Origin: Candidatus Thorarchaeota archaeon
Lineage (GTDB): Archaea; Asgardarchaeota; Thorarchaeia; Thorarchaeales; Thorarchaeaceae
NCBI GenBank assembly: GCA_008080745.1
Contig: SHMX01000014.1
Span: forward strand, 1 to 14,597
Direction: 5' to 3'
Length of the DNA: 14,597 nt
Made by a program: the position numbers and the translations under genes. Within the stretch, counting starts at the first letter, position 1. Every line of letters starts with the position of its first letter. A model generated the notes under the pieces. That model was not told the DNA's origin. It saw nothing but the letters and a program-made list of their open reading frames with translations, and ran no database searches. Of this stretch, positions 7,693 through 14,596 are shown one piece after another.

Positions 7693-8184
7693 TCACCAAC
7701 CCACCGTGCCCGGTCCACCCTTGAACGGGCCGACCACATCGTCCGTGATCCAGCCGCCGTAGAAGCCACCCGGCTGGGGTCGCACCCGCTCGTCGTCGAC
7801 ATAGCAGGCGTCCATCGGCCCGGCGTAGAAGGCCACGTGATCCCGAATGCTTTCGAACTCGGGGCGGGGATCGGGATAGGCCCACGCCGCCCGCTCCGCC
7901 CTCCGCTCTCCCACCTCGACCGTGTAGTAACGGGCGCGTCCCTTCCACTCACAGAGCGAGCTTCCCGGGGCCGCTGAGAGGTGCACCATGCGGACGTCCT
8001 CCGGCGGGATGTAGTAGACCGGGGGATGACTCGTCTCCAGCACCCGCTTCGCGTCCCCGGTGTCAGCTATGGTGACGCCGTTGAAGATGACCTGGACGCG
8101 CTTCGACGTGGGCTCCACCCGGGGCGGCCGCGGGTAATCCCAGACCGACTCCTGGCCCGGACCGGGCTCGATCCGTTTTGGCAT
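7693..8184 (-). CDS. DUF427 domain-containing protein (163 aa)
   Basis: ESVWDYPRPP, RVLETSHPPVYYIPPEDV, SLCEWKGRARYY, AAWAYPDP and QPGGFYGGWIT. AAGGAG Shine-Dalgarno. Confidence 0.92.
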   Translation of the reverse strand: MPKRIEPGPGQESVWDYPRPPRVEPTSKRVQVIFNGVTIADTGDAKRVLETSHPPVYYIPPEDVRMVHLSAAPGSSLCEWKGRARYYTVEVGERRAERAAWAYPDPRPEFESIRDHVAFYAGPMDACYVDDERVRPQPGGFYGGWITDDVVGPFKGGPGTVGW

Positions 8185-8236
8185 GAGATACTCCTTCCAG
8201 AACGTGAATTTCTGTTCCGAAAACAGCCACCCGCGC

Positions 8237-8347
8237 CGGTCGAGTGCGCCCGAAGGGCGCGTATCGAGACAAAGCGGGCGCCGCGCGTGGTCTCGATACG
8301 GGCTCTCGCGCTGCTCAAGCTCTACTCGACCGACGCGCTTGCTCGAT
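8237..8347. repeat. Inverted doublet of family-A REP-like elements
   Basis: CGGTCGAGT-GCGCCC-GAA-GGGCGC-GTATCGAGAC (8237..8270) faces GTCTCGATACG...CTACTCGACCG (8290..8332). Confidence 0.8.
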
Positions 8348-8390
8348 TTTCATTGTTGGTTGTGCCCCAACGGGGTGTGACGGCTGTGTT

Positions 8391-8466
8391 GTAGGGGCGA
8401 CGCGGTGGGTCGTCCATGACGAAATTCAACGGCCGCTCCCAGGGGGAGCCGGCGGCTCGCCCCTAC
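8391..8466. repeat. GTAG-type REP doublet (REPIN-like)
   Basis: GTAGGGGCGACGCGGTGGGTCGTCC ... GGGGGAGCCGGCGGCTCGCCCCTAC. The outer 10-bp inverted repeat is perfect (GTAGGGGCGA / TCGCCCCTAC). It lies 2 nt past the stop of the hydrolase gene. Confidence 0.75.
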
Positions 8467-8468
8467 GA

Positions 8469-9491
8469 TCAGCTTTCGCCCGGTTGGATGAAATCGAGCA
8501 GCAGGCGGTTGACCTGGTCCGGCGCCTCGTTCTGCACCCAATGCCCGCAGCCGGGGATGTACCGGATGGAGAGATCCGCCACCCACTCCTCGAGGCCGTA
8601 GGTCAGCGGCTTCCCCAGGGCCACGTCGTCCTCAGCCCAGATGAGGAGCGTGGATGACGCGATCGACAGGCGCTCGGGCGGCGTCCGGTGGCGCAGGGCG
8701 GCCCGGTACCAGTGGATCATCGACCGCATGGCGCCGGGTTGAGCCATAGCGGAGGCCATCACCGCCAGATCCGCATCGGAGAAAGCGTCCTTGCGCACCG
8801 CCGTCCGCCGGAAGAAGAGGCGCGCCGAGGCCGGGGGCGAGAGGGTGAAGAGCATCTCCGGCAGCCACGGGAGCTGGAAGAACCCGGCGTACCAGGATCT
8901 GAGTCGCTGCGACCAGCCGCTGCGCAGCTCGCGGGCGAAGGCCGCCGGGTGCGGCGCGTTCATCACCACCAGCCTCTCCACCAGCTCGGGATAGTCCATA
9001 CCCAGCCGCCAGGCGACCACCCCACCCCAGTCGTGGCCCACGACGAGGGCCCGCTGGCAGCCGAAGGCGTGGACCAGACCCCGGACGTCGGCAGCGAGCC
9101 GGTCGATGGCGTAGCTCGGCACGCCGGACGGCTTGTCGCTCAGGTTATACCCCCGCTGGTCCGGCACCACGACCCGGTATCCAGCCCGGACCAGGGGCGC
9201 GATCTGGTGGTGCCAGGAGTACCAGCACTCGGGGAAGCCGTGGAGCAGCACGGCCAGGGGACCGTCCACCGGCCCGGCCACGACGACGTGGAACCGGAGC
9301 CCGTTCGCCTCCACGTAGCGGGACTCGGCCGGCACTCCCAGCCCGGTGACGGCACGCCGGGTCAGACCATCGACCCGGCGGGCCAGGGCGCGTTGCAGGG
9401 CGCGCGCCCGGGCGACGAGCCACGCCCCGACCCCGGCCGCCAGTCCAGCGGCCAGGCCGGCGAGGAGCCAAGATCTCTGTTTCCGTTTCAT
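8469..9491 (-). CDS. Alpha/beta fold hydrolase, epoxide-hydrolase-like, with an N-terminal hydrophobic anchor (340 aa)
   Basis: LLHGFPECWYSWHHQI, PDQRGYNLSDKP, nucleophile GHDWGG, W...D..L and GHWVQNE. ATGA overlap with the upstream gene's stop. Confidence 0.93.
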   Translation of the reverse strand: MKRKQRSWLLAGLAAGLAAGVGAWLVARARALQRALARRVDGLTRRAVTGLGVPAESRYVEANGLRFHVVVAGPVDGPLAVLLHGFPECWYSWHHQIAPLVRAGYRVVVPDQRGYNLSDKPSGVPSYAIDRLAADVRGLVHAFGCQRALVVGHDWGGVVAWRLGMDYPELVERLVVMNAPHPAAFARELRSGWSQRLRSWYAGFFQLPWLPEMLFTLSPPASARLFFRRTAVRKDAFSDADLAVMASAMAQPGAMRSMIHWYRAALRHRTPPERLSIASSTLLIWAEDDVALGKPLTYGLEEWVADLSIRYIPGCGHWVQNEAPDQVNRLLLDFIQPGES

Positions 9492-10213
9492 GCTAGCACC
9501 TCAACCAAGGTAACGAGGGCGCGGATGACGCGCTCGATGCGCTCCCGATCGCCGTGAAACGGCGTCGTCAGGTGCGCATCCTTGAACCGCTTCACGATCC
9601 GGCACGCCTCGTGGAGCTCCACCTGGGCAGCGGGAACCCCGAGATCCTGGGAGACGAAGCGCGTGATCGTGTCCTGACTCAGCCCGCCGGTGAAGCGGGG
9701 ATCGTTGACCACCAGCCGGTCCGCCGGACCCATCTCCCGGCCGAAACCATAGGCCTCGAAGGTCTGGATGATGAGATCCTCCTGCCCGGGACAGCTCTCT
9801 CCATCCATCGTGCCCAGCGCGATGGCGAACTCTCGCTCGTCACGGACACCGTGGAGGTCGAGCACGAAACGAATCCCATACCCCTCTACGACGGACCGGA
9901 TCAGATCCCGATAGGGCGCCCGGGGATCGGCGTTGGGATCGGTGCGAGACCTGCGGCGAGCGACGACGGCGTGGGCACCCGCCAGCTCGGCCACCAGGGG
10001 GGCCATCCCGGCGGTGTACTCGTCCTCCTCCTTCTTCTCCCCATCGCGCATATGGGTGGCGCCGTGGGGCGCGGAGACGAGGACGGGCACGCTGCCGGAA
10101 ACGTGGAGGAACTCGGGCTCATCCCCCCTTGCCAGCCGGCGATAGCGGACGTCGGCCTCGAGGCCGACGAGGCTCTCGATCAAGCTGGACGCGTGGGGAA
10201 TCCTTCTCTCCAT
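9488..10213 (-). CDS. N-formylglutamate amidohydrolase-like protein (Zn-dependent exopeptidase fold), 241 aa, intact copy
   Basis: VLVSAPHG, VLDLHG and QVEL motifs. The start is reassigned to MERRIPH (10213) on the basis of the promoter position. Confidence 0.7.
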   Translation of the reverse strand: MERRIPHASSLIESLVGLEADVRYRRLARGDEPEFLHVSGSVPVLVSAPHGATHMRDGEKKEEDEYTAGMAPLVAELAGAHAVVARRRSRTDPNADPRAPYRDLIRSVVEGYGIRFVLDLHGVRDEREFAIALGTMDGESCPGQEDLIIQTFEAYGFGREMGPADRLVVNDPRFTGGLSQDTITRFVSQDLGVPAAQVELHEACRIVKRFKDAHLTTPFHGDRERIERVIRALVTLVEVLA

Positions 10214-10277
10214 GAAGGGAGTATAGCACACGGGGGCCTGGGGCACAAAGGAATCTCTCGCGAGGCTCGCTCACCGC
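9729..10277. repeat. 549-bp direct repeat, copy 2 (partner 515..1063)
   Basis: See copy 1; 545/549 identical. Confidence 0.95.
10220..10248 (-). promoter_or_regulatory. Sigma70-type promoter, probably producing a leaderless mRNA
   Basis: -35 TTGTGC (10243..10248), 17-nt spacer ending in TG-C, -10 TATACT (10220..10225), then 6 nt to the ATG at 10213. Confidence 0.6.
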
Positions 10278-10496
10278 CGGTGGCAATCTAGAGACGCCAA
10301 CCCTCATTCCGCTCCAGCTGGCATTTCGACACCGTCACAAGGCATCAATCAGAATCAGCATCTCCTTGCCTGTGACGCCCAACTCCGGGTGGCGACGAGC
10401 GGCGCGAGCCGCCAGCTCACCATCTCTGGATGGGGCACGTACTCGGTCACGTGGCTGACGCCGTGGCGGGTCACGTAGATGTGCTGTTTCTCGCTG

Positions 10497-11642
10497 CTAG
10501 TGTTTGCGCTCCGTCACCGACCTACGGAGGGTCGGGACGTAGTTCACGCCCAGGCTGAAGAAGAGGATGCCGAAGGAAAAGGCGGCAATGACGATGGCGA
10601 ACTCCATCCAGTGGGGGACATAGGTGGCGCCGGCCGGCGCCTGCAGCGCGAACCAGGCGATCGAGGACCGGTTGAGCGCCAGTCCGATCAGCGTGTAGAT
10701 GGCGCCGAACAGCAAGCAGGTCTTGCTCCTCCTGATGCGCGTGCCGAAGATGACCAGCGGCATAATAATGCCGAGGACCATCTCTGCCACCCAGATCACG
10801 CTCAACCAGCCGCTGCTGAAGGCCAGCCCCAGCTCTCCCGCGACCACCAGATCACCGACCTTTAGCACGAGATAGATGGCCTGGACGACGGCCACGATGG
10901 TGGCCAGACGAGTGAGAAGCTGCATAGGCGCGGGCTTTCCCATGGCCCGCCAGGTGACCAGACCCAGCAGGATGGCTACCGTTAGCCCGCTGAACACAGC
11001 GGACGTGAAGAAGAGGATGGGCAAGATCGGGGTCCACCAGAGGGGGTGAAGCTTATGAGCGAGTACCAGAAAGAGCGCGCCCAGCGAGCCCTGGTGGACG
11101 CAGGAGAGCAGGATGCCGAGGCCGGCGATCAGCGGGATCCCCCGGTTGATCAGCCGAATCGGCCACCAATCCCGATCGGCGAATACGACACCCACCAGCT
11201 CCAGCACCAACACGCCGAAGTAGATGGCGACGGAGATGCTGACCTCGAACATGAAGGAGTGGAGGTTCCAGCGCCACGGCATCAGCACACTGTAGAAGTG
11301 GTCCCAGCGGCCCAGATCCATCAGCAGGACCAGCACCACCAGCAGGTATCCCAGAAAGCCGGCCAGGAGGGCTAGATGAGCCACACCGTGGTATTCCTTG
11401 CGGTTGAAGATGTGCAGCACGGCGGCCAGGGTGAAAGCCCCGGCCGAGAGCGGCACGGTGAAGACGTCGAAGGCGATCCACAACCCCCAGGGATAGCCGC
11501 TGTTCAGGTTCGTGGTTGCACCCAGGCCTGTTGCCAGCCGGATGACGCCCACGATCAGCCCAAGGACGACCAGGGCCCCCAAGATCCAGTACGCGACGGG
11601 GATACGAGCCCGCTCTCTGATTCTGGCGATGATCGTTGCCAT
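10497..11642 (-). CDS. HybB/NrfD-family integral membrane subunit (quinone-interacting), 381 aa
   Basis: YPWGLWIAFDV, IFNRKEYH, DLGRW, SFMFEV, HQGSLGAL and LHPLW match HybB/HmcC-type NrfD proteins; about 10 hydrophobic helices. The ATG at 11642 has GGAGG 9 nt upstream (alternative start at 11672). Confidence 0.9.
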   Translation of the reverse strand: MATIIARIRERARIPVAYWILGALVVLGLIVGVIRLATGLGATTNLNSGYPWGLWIAFDVFTVPLSAGAFTLAAVLHIFNRKEYHGVAHLALLAGFLGYLLVVLVLLMDLGRWDHFYSVLMPWRWNLHSFMFEVSISVAIYFGVLVLELVGVVFADRDWWPIRLINRGIPLIAGLGILLSCVHQGSLGALFLVLAHKLHPLWWTPILPILFFTSAVFSGLTVAILLGLVTWRAMGKPAPMQLLTRLATIVAVVQAIYLVLKVGDLVVAGELGLAFSSGWLSVIWVAEMVLGIIMPLVIFGTRIRRSKTCLLFGAIYTLIGLALNRSSIAWFALQAPAGATYVPHWMEFAIVIAAFSFGILFFSLGVNYVPTLRRSVTERKH

Positions 11643-11646
11643 AGTC

Positions 11647-12537
11647 CTATGCCTCCCCTCTTCCTTCGACATCCGGTTCGTTCACTTCGTCCCCCATCCG
11701 GCGCTTGCTAGCCCAGTAGATCCCCCCCAGGACGGCGGCCACACCACCCAACATACTCGGCGTGCCGATCATGGCCACCTTGTCGCTGAGCGCCGGTACG
11801 GGTTCGGAACCAAGAACGGGTAGATCGAACTGCTCGCAGCGGACCCCAGAGATGTAGAGCCAAGAGGTGCCTCCGGCCTCCGTCTCGCCATAGATGTGGT
11901 CGACGTACTCACCGGGGTTCTCCTCAATGCGGGAGCGCGCCTCCTCCAGCAGCTCCTGCCGCGGGCCGAATTTGAGCGCGCCCGTCGGGCACGCCTCGGC
12001 GCAGGCCGGCTGAAGCCCCTCCGCCTGCCGGTCAGCGCAGAACGTGCACTTCGCGATCGTCGGTAGGGTCTCGTTCCAGTCGATCTGGGGCACGCTGAAA
12101 GGACAGCTCACCATGCAGTAGCGGCACCCGATGCAGCGTTCGGCATGGTAGATCACCGGCCCCTCTTCGGTCTTCTCCAGCGCCTGCACCGGACAGACTG
12201 AGACACAGGCGGGGTGGAGGCAGTGCATACACTGATACTTGCAGAAGGTCTCAGTGGCGCAGGTCTGATACTTCTTGACCACCGTGAGGTTGTCAGCCGT
12301 CAGTTCAGTGGGAGGTTCAGCACTTGAGGGCAAGCCATTCCACTCCCTGCAGGCTTCCTCACAGGCCAGACATCCGATGCACTTGGTCGCATCGTAGAGC
12401 ATGGCCGCACCATTCTCAGCGTCCACCTCATCCGACGCACAGGCTGGATCCGGTCGAAAAAGAAGCGCTCCTACACTCAAGCCCGCGAGCTTGAGGATCG
12501 TTCTCCGACTCACCAAGTCTTGTTTCTGCCTATTCAC
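11647..12537 (-). CDS. HybA-like Tat-exported 4x[4Fe-4S] electron-transfer subunit with a C-terminal TM helix (296 aa)
   Basis: GTG start at 12537 with an AAGGAG Shine-Dalgarno overlapping the upstream TAA. Twin-arginine motif SRRTILK. Cys motifs CIGCLACEEAC, CMHCLHPACVSVC, CIGCRYCMVSC and CTFC...PACAEAC. YGETEAGGTSWLY; terminal TM helix followed by KRR. Confidence 0.92.
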   Translation of the reverse strand: MNRQKQDLVSRRTILKLAGLSVGALLFRPDPACASDEVDAENGAAMLYDATKCIGCLACEEACREWNGLPSSAEPPTELTADNLTVVKKYQTCATETFCKYQCMHCLHPACVSVCPVQALEKTEEGPVIYHAERCIGCRYCMVSCPFSVPQIDWNETLPTIAKCTFCADRQAEGLQPACAEACPTGALKFGPRQELLEEARSRIEENPGEYVDHIYGETEAGGTSWLYISGVRCEQFDLPVLGSEPVPALSDKVAMIGTPSMLGGVAAVLGGIYWASKRRMGDEVNEPDVEGRGEA

Positions 12538-12553
12538 GATTCCGGTGTCTCCT

Positions 12554-14596
12554 TTACTCCCTGTAGTCCTTCCGGCGGATGATGATCGGTGTGGCGGTGA
12601 CGCCGGCGAGTGCGATTCCGATCCCAAGCACTAGAGGCCAGCCCGGTCCAGCTGGAGGCGGTGCCGCGTCCGCAGCCTGTGGGCAGTCGGGCAAGGCGGG
12701 TATCTCTTCGACGATGACACGGGCGTTGGCCTCCATCTCATCCGGCGCCACGTCGTCAGCGGTCAGGAAGAGGTCCTCATTGCAGTGGCAACATTCACAG
12801 GTCTGGTTCTGCGGCGTCTCCCGCTGGATGTTGTGGGGGGTCGCGTACTTCCAGGTCGGAACGTTGTCGAACTGAGGTATGAGATCGTCGCCGTAGAAGG
12901 CGAAGGTGTCCGGCGCCACCGGGACGTGGCGGACCAGGACGTATTCCCAGGGCCGATCCTCGCTCTGCATCGGATTGCGACCGATCTTGAACAACATCTG
13001 GCTCTCTTCGGTCTGGTAGTAGGACAAGCCCTGATCGTCCAACCCGACGTGGCAGTCATAGCAGTTCTTGTACGGCCCGGAGACGTGGCACACCTGGCAG
13101 GCGACGGTTTCGGCGTGGACCTCGTGCTCGACGATCTCACTCTCCTCTGAGATCACACCCGCGTGACAGTCGAGGCAGCTCACATCCGGCTCGCCGGCGT
13201 AGCGATGAGCCGGCTCGGAGCCATCGCCGTGGTATTCCGTCACATCGTGGCACTGGAAGCAGGACATACCCTCCTCCAGCCAGTGGACGCTGCCCTCGAC
13301 GCCCTCGTTCTTGCCCTGATACTCGTTGGCCACGCGGGCGCCGTGGCAGGCCATGCACGTATCGCGAATCGAAGCGACCGATTTGACACGATGGCCGGCG
13401 ATCAAGCCGCCAAAGGTGAAGCTGGGCCGGCTGATGTGACACTGGCCGCAGGTCGTGTGACAGCTGTCGCAGTGATTTCCGAAGGCTTCCTCCATCACCG
13501 GATCGCTGAAATCTACGCCTCGGGCCGAGAGCACGGTGTAGTAGCCGGTCAGGTTCTGGTGGAGGCTGGTCGATGCGTGCCGGGTAGCGTCGACGTGGCA
13601 GATGCCGCAGACTCGCTCCGACGACTCCAGCGGATCCCGCACCACGCCCTCGTGAGCGGCCTCCATATCATCTTCGTCTCCAACCCCGCCGTGGCACCCG
13701 ATGCAGTTCTGCGTATTGTGGACCGAGAGCAGGAACCCGTCCTCGATGAAGACCTTCTCCCATGCCTCCAACGGAGGCAATTCTCCCCCTCAGCCCTCGC
13801 CGGAGGTCTGCTCCGACACCACCTCCTCTTCTACCGCCAGATCCTCCAGCTGCACCCGATCGGTGTGGCAGTTGATACAGCTGCCGGAACCGTCCAGCAT
13901 CGACGGCATGTCCGCCGCCGGTTCGGGGGTGGATTCTGGGGCCGGCGCCGGTTCCCCACCGGCACCCGCCAACGGGGTCGGGAGCTCGTAGGGACCGCCG
14001 GGCTCGTGGGCCTCGGTGTCGATGGTGTAGTCCCCCGCGTGGGTCTCCGGGTTGAAGCGCTTGGCGTAGACCTCCGGATCCGTCGTCCACGACGACATCC
14101 CGAACAGGAGCGAGACAGCGTCATAGCCCAGCATGTTCAGCGCCGCCGTCGCCTGGCCCGCCGTCTGGCCCGTGTAGCAGACCAGCACCACGTCCCGGTC
14201 CGACGGGATCGCCGCCAGGCTCTCCGCGCTGAACAGCTCCGTCACGCTCACGTTGACCGCGCCGGGAATGTGGCCCGCCGCGTAGTCCTCCGCCGAGCGG
14301 AGGCTGATGATCGTCGGGTCGTTCTCCGGGTCGCCATCGTTCAGGTTCTCGTAGAGATCCGCGGCCTGGATCGTCCGCGGCCCCTCACTGAAGTAAGCCG
14401 CCGCCGCCCCGGCCACATCCGCCGCCAGGGGGCTGGGAACATCGTAGGACCCCTCAAGCTCGTGGGCCTCGGTGTCGATGGTGTAGTCCCCCGCGTGGGT
14501 CTCCGGGTTGAAGCGCTTGGCGTAGACCTCGGGGTCGGTGGTCCACGACGACATCCCGAACAGGAGCGAGACAGCGTCATAGCCCAGCATGTTCAG
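12554..14596 (-). CDS. 5'-partial selenoprotein: tandem rhodanese domains, CxxCH, Sec (TGA 13790-13792), 10 x CxxCH multiheme cytochrome c, C-terminal TM anchor
   Basis: ORFs 13790..14590 and 12554..13780 are in the same frame, separated by TGA plus 3 codons (GGE). A SECIS-like hairpin follows. The rhodanese domain has GHIPGAVN, active-site CYTGQTA (Cys codon 14177-14179) and LLFGMSSW. There are 11 CxxCH motifs in total. The frame is open to the window edge. Confidence 0.88.
13763..13779 (-). promoter_or_regulatory. Bacterial SECIS element
   Basis: The mRNA reads UGA-GGGGGAGAAU-UGCCUCC-GUU-GGAGGCA: a 17-nt stem-loop (7-bp perfect stem) spanning +11..+27 after the UGA, with the apical loop starting G-U at +18. 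Confidence 0.85.
13790..13792 (-). other. In-frame UGA read as selenocysteine (motif SGEG-U-GGE)
   Basis: Coding-like sequence continues in frame on both sides, the context is Gly-rich, and a SECIS-like hairpin lies downstream. Confidence 0.85.
14002..14141. repeat. Intragenic tandem repeat of the rhodanese module, inner copy (period 456 bp = 152 aa)
   Basis: 136/140 identical to 14458..14597; all 4 differences are synonymous. Confidence 0.95.

Noticed and set aside
7688-7948. N-terminal extension of the GNAT ORF to 7948
   Set aside because: It overlaps the DUF427 gene in another frame and has no GNAT similarity.
8237-8466. CRISPR array
   Set aside because: The repeats are inverted, few and irregularly spaced, and there are no cas genes. 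REP-like elements explain them better.
10497-10499. TAG of the NrfD-family gene followed by ~55 open codons (pyrrolysine readthrough)
   Set aside because: The protein is already complete at the TAG. The extension is low-complexity and there is no supporting context.
10497-12537. Calling the HybA/HybB-like genes a hydrogenase-2 operon
   Set aside because: There is no [NiFe] large or small subunit in the window. The adjacent partner is the multiheme protein, so the hyb gene symbols were not assigned.
13778-13780. Independent TTG start for a stand-alone ten-heme cytochrome
   Set aside because: A G-rich SD-like stretch exists, so it is not fully excluded. However, the product would lack an export signal, the TTG lies inside the SECIS-like hairpin, and the upstream ORF is in frame.
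14588-14590. ATG called as the start of the rhodanese ORF
   Set aside because: It is an internal Met of the repeated module (also present at 14132..14134), and the frame is open to the window edge.
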